A stretch of 42,288 nucleotides of DNA from Octopus bimaculoides (GCF_001194135.2 NC_069004.1:22641277-22683564), one strand, 5' to 3'. Positions 11,787 through 23,870 are shown, counted from the stretch's first letter. The notes: generated by a model not told the origin, from the letters alone. Translations and numbers: made by a program.

Positions 11787-12619
11787 TATACACACACATA
11801 TTCATTTCTTTTTTTTTTCCTCTCTCCAGTTTCTAAAACATTTTGCAATACATTAAAACTTCACATCTTATTTGTTATCTCTTTCACAAACAGCATCATA
11901 CAGAAGATAGACAGTTCTTTGATGATTAATTTGCTATATAAAATGAAAGAAAGGAATTTCTAGTCATTCTTCTTTTGAGAAGAATAATACATTGTAGAGA
12001 AAGTGGCTAGAAAAGAAGACTATATCCCTGGCCCACCACAAATCAAAAACCAGAAATAGCAATATATTAAAGGAAAGAAAAAGAATTGAAAAATATAAAC
12101 GAACAATATTTTGTACTTCCACCACATTATTAGAAATCTTTTATCTAATTTTTCAATAATATCTAGCAATAAAATGTTTTTGGAAAGACTTCTAGGTTAA
12201 ATATTGCAAAACTTTTGCTTTCCACCATCTGAATGTTTAGCAGTCTTTTCTGGAAATGGTTATTTCAAAGTATTTCACCGGAACTAATTGATAATAATAT
12301 TAATAATATTACCAGGGTAGATATAGCGAGAGCATAATCTGTAACAATAAAAGTGTGTGTGTATCACTGGAATTATCTTGTTCTCTCTTCTGGAGCGAGA
12401 GAGAGAGAGAGAGAGAGAATGAGTTATGAATGGCAGTGTTGGAAGTTGGCTGGGGTTCCATAATGATATCAGTAGAATTTGCTCCTTCTACTGAAACTAG
12501 TTACTCTTAGATGAGTGTAAGTGGTGCTGCTGGTGTTTGTAATAGTAGTGGTGGTGGTAGCAGCACAGACTAGTTTCAGGTCTGTGATCGCAGTAAATAT
12601 TTTAGGATATCTACTGGAA

Positions 12620-13478
12620 CTAGTTAACAATTGGGTGGAATTCTGGTTTAAGCACCTCATATAACCCCTCACAACTTTTTTTTTCTTTTTGGATATTCTC
12701 GGAAAATTTTTGTGAATTTGTGTTCAACACATGGAAATACATAAAATTATGCAAAATAAATTTTTTTTTGTGTGTGTGATTTAACCCTTTAGCATTTAAA
12801 CCGGCCATATCCATCCCAAATATTCTACCTCTTTTATGTTCAACCTGGCCATATTTTGCCTTTCATACCTACCTCACTATGCCATTTTAAAAATATTCTA
12901 TCACATCATCAAAATCTTGAAATTACAAGATAATGCATGTTTAATTCAAAACAAACTGAATAAATAAGCATTACATTTGAGAGAGTAGTCTTGAATGCCA
13001 GAGGGTTAAGGGCGATTTAGCTGTTATTTTTAACACATCTCACAACCACCTGATACCTTCCTTGTTTCTTTGTCACTCTGACATGTATTGATGTTTCTCA
13101 AAATTTTTCTCCCCATAAACACATCAAATGGAATGATGATGCACCCAAGGGTGGTCTATTGCTGGGATTTAAGCAAACAATTTGGTCTACCCGTATTTTA
13201 AACTCTGATTTTAAGACAAATTCGAAAAAGAGAGAAAATTTTATTATTGGGGCGNNNNNNNNNNNNNNNNNNNNNNNNNNNNNNNNNNNNNNNNNNNNNN
13301 NNNNNNNNNNGGGGGTTAAAAACTAAAAAAACAAAAATTTTCTTTTCATAATTGTGTAAATTCCCATGTGTAGAACACAAATTCACAAAAATATTTTGAA
13401 AATTCCAAAAAGTTAAAAAGTTATGAGGGGTTATATGGGGAGCTTAAAATCAGAATTCTGCCAACAGTTGTATAGTAG
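12620..13478. mobile_element. Non-autonomous DNA transposon / MITE with ~150-bp terminal inverted repeats
   Basis: 12620-12770 matches the reverse complement of 13330-13478 (GAATTCTG..CATATAACCCC..TTTTTGTGAATTTGTGTTC.ACACATGG). The interior contains other insertions and a gap. Confidence 0.75.
12781..13009. mobile_element. piggyBac-type MITE (TTAA TSD)
   Basis: TTAA 12781-12784 then CCCTTTAGCATTTAAA ... TTGAATGCCAGAGGG then TTAA 13006-13009. Confidence 0.8.
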
Positions 13479-13547
13479 GCTGACAAACTGTTGTTGTTGT
13501 TGTAGTGGTGGTTGTGTGTGTGCATGTGCATGTGTATACCAGCATGG

Positions 13548-13700
13548 TGTCTAAACAGTTGAGAGCTTTCCTTCACAATCATCAGCTCTGAGGTTTGATC
13601 TCACTGAAAAACATCTTAGGCAAGTGTCTTTTATCATCGCCGTAAGGTGATCCAAGCTTTGAGTGAAATTGTATTGTTGCAAACTGTATGGAAATTTGTT
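13548..13700 (+). mobile_element. Diverged family-B-like SINE head
   Basis: GGTTTGATCTCACTG...TTAGGCAAGTGTCTTTTATCAT...GCTTTGAGTGAAATT aligns by eye to the family B head. Confidence 0.5.
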
Positions 13701-14002
13701 GGATGGATTGTACTTGTAATACAAAGGACTGACTTTCTCTCATATTGTGCTGAGCTGATTTGGCCTGAGAATTACAGGAAGGGTACATGTATTTGTAGAA
13801 TGCTTAATCACTTATCCATGAATTTAATTAGTTAGGAGTTCAGTTAATTTAACTTCTGAATGTTTTGTGTTGAAACTGATGAATGGGCAACTATCATCGT
13901 ATCATATTGTATATATCTTTCTGAACATACAAAAAAAAAAAAAAAATCAGTTCAAACATCAAAATAAGAAAGTATCATGAATTAAAAAAAGAAAGGTTTA
14001 GG

Positions 14003-14165
14003 CTTGACTATGTGGTAAGAAGCTTGCAGCTCAATAACATGGTACCAGTTTCAGTCCCACTGTGTGGCATCTTGAGCATGTGTCTTCAACTATAGCCTCG
14101 GGCCAACCAAAGCCTTTTGAGTGGATTTGGTAAATGGAAACTGAAAGAAGCCCATCATATATATA
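14003..14165 (+). mobile_element. SINE family B head
   Basis: TGACTATGTGGTAAGAAGCTTGC...GTTTCAGTCCCACTG...GAGTGGATTTGGTAAATGGAAACTGAAAGAAGCCC followed by (TA)n. Confidence 0.85.
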
Positions 14166-14172
14166 TATATAT

Positions 14173-14460
14173 ATCTCTATATATAAAACTGAGAATGTGT
14201 GTCTGTCTGTTTGTGCGTGTCTGTATCTGTATGTGTGCATCACTAAAACTCAAGAACTACCCAACCGATTTCATTCAAATTTTACACATGTCTTACTTAG
14301 GGTCCATGCAGTGTCATGCGTCAAAGGATTTTCAACTTCTTGCCTAATGCAAGCCTGGAGCAATCTCTTATCTTTTACACTATTTCAGTATTACATGTCA
14401 AAATTGAAACAGTAACATCTCTATTGTAATATGAGATAATACTTTTAGTTTTGTATTTAT
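14173..14460 (+). mobile_element. Non-autonomous Helitron-like (DINE-1/Lep1-type) element fragment
   Basis: Starts TCTCTATATATAAAACTGAGAATGTGTGTCTGTCTGT, followed by AACTACCCAACCGATTTCATTCAAATTTTACAC, the typical 5' arrangement of such elements. No CTRR 3' end found. Confidence 0.5.
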
Positions 14461-14466
14461 GTACGT

Positions 14467-14504
<38 letters not shown>

Positions 14505-14530
14505 TTATGTATGCATGTATATATGTGTAT

Positions 14531-14578
<48 letters not shown>

Positions 14579-14717
14579 AGTTGAAACTTACTTGCAAATG
14601 GACGCGTGCGTTTGATGATATAATAATACAAATTATATATAAGCATATGCATGTATACATACATATATGTACATACCTACATCTACATGTATATATTTAT
14701 GTATGTATATGTATACA

Positions 14718-15471
14718 TGGCCTATGGCCTATGCCAGTGGGTGTAACCAGCCCACTTATGAATACCTCTCATTCATTGGACAATAAACTTTATTTGAAGC
14801 AAGTGAAATCAAGTTCAAAATTGCTGACGTGGCCGATGACAGTACCGCCTGGTTGGCACCCGTGCCAGTGGAACGTTAAAAGCATAGCCAAACGTGGAGT
14901 GTAACTGGCCCACTTATGAGTACCCCCTCATTCATTGGACAATGAACTTTGCTTGAGGCAAGTGAAAACAAATCAAAATCGCTGATGTGGCCGATGACAG
15001 TACCGCCTGATTGGTACCTGTCCCAGTGGAACTTTAAAAGCACATCCAAAGCATGATTGTTGCCAGGGCCACGGATTGGCTCCCATGCCAGTGGCATGTG
15101 AAAAGCACCATTCGAGCATGATCATTGCCAGGGTTGCCCTACTGGCACATGTGCTGGTGGTACATGAAAAACAACATTCAAGCACGGTCATTGCCAGTGA
15201 CGCCGGAGTGGTTCCCGTGCAGGTAGTACATAAAAAACACCTTTTGTGAATGGTCATTGCCTGAACCGCCTGACTGACCCTAGTGCCAGTGGCACATAAA
15301 AGCACCCACTACACTCTCGGAGTGGTTGGTGTTAGGAAGGGCATCCAGCTGTAGAAACTTTGCCAGATCAGATTGAGCCTGGTGCAGCCTCTGGCTCACC
15401 AGTCCTCAGTCAAACCATCCAACCCATGCCAGCATGGAAAGCGGATGATAAACAATGATAATGATAATGAT
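14718..15471 (+). mobile_element. RTE family 2 3'UTR and terminus with internal tandem duplications
   Basis: Reverse complement of the 7478-8050 region. 158-bp duplication (14741-14898 / 14899-15056), ~62-bp repeats, ends CCCATGCCAGCATGGAAAGCGG...(GAT/AAT)n. Confidence 0.85.
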
Positions 15472-16599
15472 GTATATACATGTAAATCTATGCATATAAA
15501 TTTGACATGGGTGATTCTATCTTCTGTTGGGATTCACGGTCAAACGACTGGGCGGAGTTGTGCGAAAAATTACACAGATGTGTAGAATGATCTGGTGGTG
15601 ATGCTGAGCTTTGTATTTTTTCATAGCTCCCATGGTTACCGAGATAATCTACTATAATAATACTCTTGTGTTTATGAATGAGAAAGGAAGGGGTGATAGA
15701 TGAATAAGGAAAGAAGGGGTGATGTAATACTTGGTAGTGGGATGGTGAAAATTGTACTCTGAAAAAAATAAATCAAACAGCGTTTCAACTATGTGTGAAT
15801 ATATGTCTATGTAAAAGGGGAGGTATGTGAATGTGCGTGTGTGTGTGCATGTGTGCACACAATGGAAGTATGTATACGCGTGTGTATATGTATGTGTGTG
15901 TATATATATATATATATATATGAATAACCAAAAGCAGAAACCTGGTTTGTGGATATCCGTAATTGCATAAAATTTTTATTTGTGTTGTTAAATGTTTTAA
16001 TTCGGTCTGTTTTCCTCGCATACTGTTTTTCTCTGTTATATTGGTGCGCTACGGTGGATTATTTAAGACTTGGCTCTTATTTCTAGCAGCTAGATGCTCA
16101 TTAAGCATCATTACGATATTTCATAGCTCCTTAAAGCTATCATAACTGCGTTCCACCAATGCTACTACTGGTGATATCATCATATTTTGAATTTATCCAC
16201 AGATGATATGTAGTGACATCTAACTTCAAATCTCAGTGTTTGAATATTTCATTTAAATATATATATATATATATAATTTAATAAATGGAGTTATACGCAT
16301 ATGTTAAATGAATTTTTTTATTTCCAACATATGTTTCGAAGATTACAAATTGTTCCTTCCAAAGGAATGAGTGATGTTGATAATGATGTAATCTTTTCTT
16401 CAGGGAAATTCATTAGAGCCAACGTAACCGTAAAATATTTTAACCGAATGTGACAACTACGAATAGAGAAGATTGCTACATATCTTATTTGAAAAAGCCG
16501 TTGGAAAATGCAACGCTACGAGACAGTACGTTGGACAAGGAGGGAAGAAAAGAAGGAAAAATAGAAAAATAGAATTTGGAATGGGAAGTCAATAAAATG

Positions 16600-17557
16600 A
16601 TTTAAATCCAAATCACAGGTAAATTAACAGATAAAGTCATCTTTGTATATGGCAGATGTGCAGGAACAATAAGCACCTCTCAAATGCCCAGGAGGCTCTC
16701 TTGAGATTGTAGATAGTTTCTGTTACCTAGGTGACCAAATTAGCAATGGTGGAAGACGCTCTGAAAGTACTGTTTCTAGAATAAGAATAAGATGGAGGAA
16801 GTTCAGAGAGCTATTACCTCTGTTGGCAACAAAAAGACTTTCTCTCAGAGTGAAAGGTAGACTGTGTGCTAACAGCTGTATTCATTGGTAGTGAGACATG
16901 GGCTCTGAATGTGGAAAACACATGTGAACTGGAGACAAATGAAAGGCAGTAGGCTCCACTGGATGTGCACTATCAGTGTGCATGTATGACAAAGTGCAAA
17001 CATATTGAGAGAAAAGTTGAGCATAAGAAGTTTCAAATGCAGCATGCAAGAGAGATAACTATGTTGGTTTGGACACATAATGTATAGGAATGAGTGCCGA
17101 TCACTGAAAATGGAGGGTACCTGTGGAAGAGGGAGACCCAAGAAGAAATGGGATAAAGTGGTAAGGACTGATCTCAGGATGTTGGTCCTCATGGAGGAAA
17201 TGACAATGGACCAAGATGTCTAGTGATATGAAGTTCTTGAAAAGACCTGTCCACATCCGCAAAACTGAGTTCTAGAAGCGCTGTGTTCCACCCATACATA
17301 ACATGAAAACCTTTCACACACCCTACCCAACAAACCAAACTACATCTCTTCCTCATTTCTCCTCTTTCATGCATTATGCTTATCGCTCACTCCTCGATTT
17401 TGTCCTCACAGCCCTGTTCACTGTATCATTGCTATCCAGTAGATCCGTCACCACTCACTACATTCCCCTCCCTCACTCTCTACTCACGCTTCTTTGGCAA
17501 TGCCCTGCTACTTATATTATGACCTCCATACATCAAGGATATGCAATGGCACTTGCC

Positions 17558-17600
<43 letters not shown>

Positions 17601-18250
17601 TACTTGACCAGTCTATATTCTCATCCCCTTCCCTTGTGAGTATGCCTGACATTTTGCTACCGTCTCTCTCCTGCTCTCTCTTGCACTCCTGCTGTCTTCT
17701 ACTCTCTCTCCCCTTCTCCTGCTCTTCCCTCAGGTTGGATAACCATGTACCTCTTTTACAGCAGCACACCTGTTTCTGTCCACATTTTTCTCTCTCTCCC
17801 ACTGGACAGGTAACTCTGTACCTCCTCTACAGCAAGACACCTGTTTCCACCTCTGTCTCAATATAACCGTTCATCATCTGACACAAGATCCCCTCCTCCT
17901 CCAATACCACCTCTCCTCTCAAAGGATCTTTGTCTTGCAAATTTCTTTTTGACCCTGCCAGTGCTGGTACCACTTAAAAAGCATTCAGCCCACACTGTAA
18001 AGTGGTTGGCATTAGGAAGGGCATCCAGCTGTAAAGACCATGCCAAACTGACCCTGCCTGTGCTTGTGCCACATAAAAAGCACTCAGTTCACTCTGCTGG
18101 GTGGTTGGTGTTAGGAAAGGCATCCAGCTATAAAAGCCCTGCCAAAACAGACTCAGAAGTCTGGTGCAGGCTCCTGCCTGGCCAGTTCCTGTCACATCAT
18201 CCAACCCATGCCAGCATGGAAGGCAGACGTTGAACAATGATGATGATGAT
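16600..18250 (+). mobile_element. Older RTE family 2 copy (C-terminal ORF2, pyrimidine-rich 3'UTR, shared terminus)
   Basis: DKVIFV.GRCAG, LEIVDSFCYLGD, RELLPLLATK, IHGSETWAL, GRGRPKKKWDKVV in broken frames. The terminus GTGGTTGGCATTAGGAAGGGCATCCAGC is duplicated with a 99-bp period (17950-18147). (GAT)n tail. Confidence 0.75.
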
Positions 18251-18343
18251 ATATATATATACACACACATACACATATATTCTCACACATGCACACACAT
18301 GTTTATACACATGCACACACATACACACATATAATAATGTGTG

Positions 18344-18389
<46 letters not shown>

Positions 18390-18421
18390 NNNNNNNNNNN
18401 NNNNNNNNNNNNNNNNNNNNN

Positions 18422-18459
<38 letters not shown>

Positions 18460-18897
18460 CTCTCTACACATCATGTAGTCATGTGAGGAAGCAGAATTAG
18501 TTTATAGCATAAACAGAATGATTAACAAAACAAGGAACAAGTTAATATGTAAAAACAAGGGAAAGAAATGATATACACAAACAAAATAAAATCAAAGTTA
18601 AAGAATGAGAAATAGATTAAGAAAATAAACTCAGGGAAGAAGTGGAGTCTGGAAATAAAAACAGCAATACTCAGACTAATCCCTAAAACTGAAAACCAGC
18701 AAAGAAACCCAAAATATAAAAAAAAAATAGTCCTTGGCAACCATTAGTAAATTCTTGGGTTAATTAACTGAAGAAATCATATCCTTTTTGTCTGCTTGTC
18801 ATTACAGTTATCTGTAATATACGTGTGTGTGTGTGTGTGTGTGTGTGTGCACATGTGCGCATGTGTATAAACTACACATGCACATGTACACACACAC

Positions 18898-19481
18898 ACA
18901 ATAACACAGATGGATTGAGGTTCACTACAGCTGTTTCAAATGTGTTCTTTATTGTTTTTCTTCTCTAGGCACAAGGCCCGAAATTTTGGGAGAGGAGGGA
19001 AAGTTGATTTGATCGACCCCAGTATGCAAGTGGTGCTTAATTTATTGACTCCAAAATGATGAAAGGCAAAGTTGACCTTGGTGGAATTTAAACTCAGAAC
19101 ATAAAGACAGACGAAATACCGCTAAGCATTTCGCCTAACATGCTAACGTTTCCGTCGGCTCGCCGCTTTAGATGTGTTCTTTATTGATGAACAAAACTAT
19201 TACATCATGTAAAAAAAAAACCTTTTCAGGTGAATTAAGAATAAAATTCGGCATTTAAGATTTTTCACATAAATAGAACATAATGGAAGTTCACCCTCCC
19301 ATTTAGGTTACAGCTGTAACCAAAATCGGAAGGTCAATATGTATTATGTTCTAAATGTTAAACTTTATTCTTAATTTATCTGAAGAAAATGGGTTTTTTT
19401 ACTTGATGTAATAATTTTGCTCATCAATAAAGGACATATATGAAACATCTGTAGTGAACCTTGATCCCTCTGTGTTATTGT
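18898..19481. mobile_element. Foldback MITE interrupted by a SINE
   Basis: Left arm (18898-18954 plus 19187-19305) matches the reverse complement of 19322-19481. The centre is a perfect 16-bp palindrome GGTTACAGCTGTAACC (19306-19321). Confidence 0.85.
18955..19171 (-). mobile_element. Full-length SINE family A with 15-bp TSD
   Basis: Head CTAAAGCGGCGAGCCGACGGAAACGTTAGC...GAGTTTAAATTCC, A-rich tail. TSD ATGTGTTCTTTATTG at 18940-18954 and 19172-19186. Confidence 0.92.
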
Positions 19482-19708
19482 TTATACTTCACCACACTTG
19501 TAACCTTGCCTGCATTGGATCTTGAACCTATAGTCAACAGTTAAATACATACCAGAGGATACTCCTGTGAATGTGTGCATACCTGGAGGTACAAATCCAT
19601 AGTTTAGTAAGTATGTGTATGTCCGTACACATTGTTAGTGCTATCTGTGACTCTGCTTTGGTACCTTTGTTATTTAAATACCTTGATTCTATTGGATCCT
19701 AAAAACTT

Positions 19709-19750
<42 letters not shown>

Positions 19751-19774
19751 NNNNNNNNNNNNNNNNNNNNNNNN

Positions 19775-19815
<41 letters not shown>

Positions 19816-19967
19816 CACACTTATACATGCACACACTCACATGTATGTGTTTGTGCATGCATGCACACACATCTATATACATATGTTTTAAAGACACATA
19901 TTAACATGCTCCCACACACATATGTATGTACATATGTATGCTTGCATATGTTTTATGTATGTATGGG

Positions 19968-20140
19968 TCATCATCATTTTTAAGTCTGTTTTACATGCTA
20001 GCATTAGTTGAATGGATCTTCAAAATCTGAGTTCTTATGAGAAGATGCTACATCCATGGACTGATTCTTAAATGTGTCATTTGACTTGCTTTCAGTAGCT
20101 GGATGCCTTTACTGTCACCAACCACTCTACAGAAATATAT
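19968..20140 (-). mobile_element. Diverged 3' terminus of RTE family 2
   Basis: TCATCATCAT...CATGCTAGCA...AGCTGGATGCCTTT...ACCAACCACTCT matches the family terminus. Confidence 0.6.
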
Positions 20141-20344
20141 TTGGTCTATTTTTTTCATGACACCAAAACTGTGAGGTAGAATAAAGACTACTGGAACCTG
20201 TGCATTCTTTGCTTATTTGTCAATCACTTAGCAATGTACAGTGGGCATGTTTTGTAGTAGCAGTACTTGAGAAATTGTCTTGCGTACTTGTGACTTTGTA
20301 TGATTGCATATTGTTGGCTTATTGTTGTCGCAACAGTACACACA

Positions 20345-21200
20345 ACATGTAGATTGCATAATGCTTGTGTGAGAACAGCTATGTTACATGGTAGTGAGAC
20401 ATAGGCTCTGACTGTGGGAGATGTGTAGGCTGGAGAGGAATGAAGGTAGTATGTTCTGTTGTATTTGCAACATCAGTGTGCATGAACAACAAAGCACAAC
20501 TGTTTTGAAAGAAAAAGTTAGTCACAAGAGAGATTAAATGTGGTATGCAGGAGAGGAGAATGCATTAGTTTGGACATGTGATGCATATGAGTAAAGACAG
20601 CTGTAAACAGAAGTGCTGTCTCTGAAAGTGGATGGTACTTGTGGAAGAGGAAGACCCAGGAAGACATGGGATGAAGTGTTAAGGACTGATCATATGATGT
20701 TGGGTCTCACAGAAGAAATGACAGTGGACCAAGATGTTTGGTGATATGATGTTCTAGAGAAAACCCATCCATAAAACTGAGTGCTAGAAGAGTTGTGTCA
20801 CACCCACATGTAGCAACACACTCTACCATAAGAAACTGAACTACAAGTCCTCTTCTAATTGCATCTTTCTCTTCCTCACATTTCCTCTTCATAAATTATG
20901 ATTGTTTTCCAATCCCCTTTCTTGCCCTCACTAACCTGCTCACTGTATCGCTGCTCCCAGTACCCTGAACACCTACACCCTAATTTTCTATCCATGTTCT
21001 GCACTCATATTCAATTTTTTACATCCAATTTTTTTTCACACTTGTGAGTCAGTTGGGGTTTTCATTATCTAACGCAGCATCCTGCTAATTATTGCTTTTT
21101 TTTGTCATCTTCTTTACAAGGTTCTGCTTCCCAAAATCAGCTATCACCACTTCTGCTCATGCCCTCCTTGGACTTCCTCTTCCACTAGTCCCTTCCTTAT
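20345..21200 (+). mobile_element. Older RTE family 2 C-terminal fragment plus pyrimidine-rich 3'UTR
   Basis: NACVRTAMLHGSET, QERRMH*FGHV, GRGRPRKTWDEVLRTD. Downstream sequence parallels 17250-17500. Confidence 0.75.
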
Positions 21201-21384
21201 GAATTGCCTGGTTTGTCTTCACCCACTTGTCATTATCCATTTGTATAATATGTCCATACTCTTATAACCATCCCTTGCATAATACAACTGATTCCTCCTC
21301 CACCTTGTTTTTCTGTCAGCTGATTAGTACCACATCATTCTTGTACACTAACATTATACATGTAGCAAATCAGCTCCCTCCATT

Positions 21385-21615
21385 CCTTTCTAGCCTATAT
21401 ACATCCTTGCAGATTATACATCCAAGCATTGTACAATCAACCCTTCATTCAGAGAGAATCCTCTTGTTGATAATGGATGTCATAGCTGCCTGAACTTTAT
21501 TCACTCTGGGCACTATGCTTTCAGGACAGCCTCCTCCACTACTGTTTAGGTTATCTGGGAACAGAAGCTATCAGCCTCTTCTGTAAAGCCTTCTGTGTAT
21601 TCAAGGAGTTTATTT
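21385..21615 (-). mobile_element. Highly decayed RTE fragment
   Basis: DSFC...SSGGGCPESIVPRV...GFSL..G.LYNA resembles the DSFCYLGD..SGGGCSESV..R motif of the other copies. Confidence 0.5.
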
Positions 21616-21651
21616 GCCAGTTACCTTGAGTATTATATTATATGTGCATGC

Positions 21652-21686
<35 letters not shown>

Positions 21687-21760
21687 TGTTGTGTATGTAC
21701 GTATATATAAATATATATTCACATATATGTATGTGTATAAATATATGCATACATACATAT

Positions 21761-21791
<31 letters not shown>

Positions 21792-22134
21792 TAGTGATGC
21801 AGAGAAACACACTTGGGTTGATATATAAAATATAGATTCAACTACACGTGTGAATACATGTAGGAGATATATATATATATATGTAAAGATAAACAAAAAC
21901 TGAAAATATTCAGAAGATAAACACTCATGTATCAGCATATATATATCTATATATTTACAAAATAAATGAATTTATATGGAATACAGAAAACTAAGGGAAG
22001 AAGGCCTGATATTTTAAGTCTGACAACTGTTTCTGGGGGCTCAGGATCATGTAATAGTTGTAATGTTCATAATTTTAATATTTGTCTTGCATCCATTTTT
22101 TTCCTTTTTCATGAATCCTAGGGCTCATAAGGTT

Positions 22135-22332
22135 TAACCCAATTTCTGTGGTGTATAAGTGACTGTTATTACAGCACTCTTCCCTGAGCAATGCTGAGTG
22201 GACTGGAGCAATGTGAAATGAAGTGTTGAAGTATTTTGCTTAAAGATATGATACTTCTCAGTCTGAGAATCGAAACCACAATCTTATGATTGAGAGCCCA
22301 ACACCCTAACCACTAGGTCACGTGCTTTGACA
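22135..22332 (-). mobile_element. tRNA-derived SINE, family D (diverged)
   Basis: Head GTGACCTAGTGGTTAGGGTGTTGGGCTCTCAATCATAAGATTGTGGTTTCGATTCTCAG with A and B boxes. Confidence 0.65.
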
Positions 22333-22574
22333 TTTGTCATAGCCGTACTTGTTTTATATTTTATTTTGAATTTCTTTGTCTGTTTTCATATAGCTGTTGT
22401 CATGTTTTCCTATGATATCATAAAGATTCTGTCCTACATTTTGTTAATCCTAGTCTTTGTTATTGTTTTCATTAAGCCCTTTCCTTAGAAGATTTTCTTT
22501 AAATAAACTGGCTGAACCTAGCAGAATTGTTGCTAATGTGCTACAATTGAAATACTTTAACAAACAATTGATGA

Positions 22575-22621
<47 letters not shown>

Positions 22622-22626
<5 letters not shown>

Positions 22627-23870
22627 CTTAAAATTTCACACAAATTTATTTTAATATGAGGTAGGACTACCTTTGGCAGTAATTACAGCTTGAATTCTAT
22701 GAGGTATGGACTCATACAAACTTTGAATTGTTTCCAAAGGAATTTTTGTCCATTCTTCAGCTAAAATAGTCTCNNNNNNNNNNNNNNNNNNNNNNNNNNN
22801 NNNNNNNNNNNNNNNNNNNNNNNNNNNNNNNNNNNNNNNNNNNNNNNNNNNNNNNNNNNNNNNNNNNNNNNNNNNNNNNNNNNNNNNNNNNNNNNNNNNN
22901 NNNNNNNNNNNNNNNNNNNNNNNNNNNNNNNNNNNNNNNNNNNNNNNNNNNNNNNNNNNNNNNNNNNNNNNNNNNNNNNNNNNNNNNNNNNNNNNNNNNN
23001 NNNNNNNNNNNNNNNNNNNNNNNNNNNNNNNNNNNNNNNNNNNNNNNNNNNNNNNNNNNNNNNNNNNNNNNNNNNNNNNNNNNNNNNNNNNNNNNNNNNN
23101 NNNNNNNNNNNNNNNNNNNNNNNNNNNNNNNNNNNNNNNNNNNNNNNNNNNNNNNNNNNNNNNNNNNNNNNNNNNNNNNNNNNNNNNNNNNNNNNNNNNN
23201 NNNNNNNNNNNNNNNNNNNNNNNNNNNNNNNNNNNNNNNNNNNNNNNNNNNNNNNNNNNNNNNNNNNNNNNNNNNNNNNNNNNNNNNNNNNNNNNNNNNN
23301 NNNNNNNNNNNNNNNNNNNNNNNNNNNNNNNNNNNNNNNNNNNNNNNNNNNNNNNNNNNNNNNNNNNNNNNNNNNNNNNNNNNNNNNNNNNNNNNNNNNN
23401 NNNNNNNNNNNNNNNNNNNNNNNNNNNNNNNNNNNNNNNNNNNNNNNNNNNNNNNNNNNNNNNNNNNNNNNNNNNNNNNNNNNNNNNNNNNNNNNNNNNN
23501 NNNNNNNNNNNNNNNNNNNNNNNNNNNNNNNNNNNNNNNNNNNNNNNNNNNNNNNNNNNNNNNNNNNNNNNNNNNNNNNNNNNNNNNNNNNNNNNNNNNN
23601 NNNNTTCTTGATACACCAAACATTTTGGCTGTTTTCGTTATGCTAGCGCCTGCCATACAAGCACCAACAATTTGACCTCTTTGAAAGTGCGATGAATTTT
23701 AATTACCTTTTTCTGATGATATCTGAAAAGAAACAGCAATTTTAGCAAAACTTATTAAGCAACACTAATAATAAATCAAAAAGCATAAAAATAAACAAGC
23801 TTTTGATGGTTTTATAGATATTTCAAAATTATGATGCTATGTATGTCCATTATTTTGTCCAACCCCTGTA
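22622..23870 (-). mobile_element. Tc1-like transposon, central ~830 bp in an assembly gap
   Basis: N-terminus FQRGQIVGACMAGASITKTAKMFGVSR (paired-like HTH). C-terminus EEWTKIPLETIQSLYESIPHRIQAVITAKGSPTSY*. TA plus TIR CAGGGGTTGGACAAAATAATGGAC at 23845-23870. Confidence 0.88.

Noticed and set aside
18500-18745. Strongly A-rich strand with a hydrophobic antisense ORF
   Set aside because: Compositional bias explains the ORF.
19520-19625. Possible small exon (VKYIPEDTPVNVCIPGG) with nearby GT donors
   Set aside because: Weak acceptor, an in-frame stop before the best donor and no recognisable protein.
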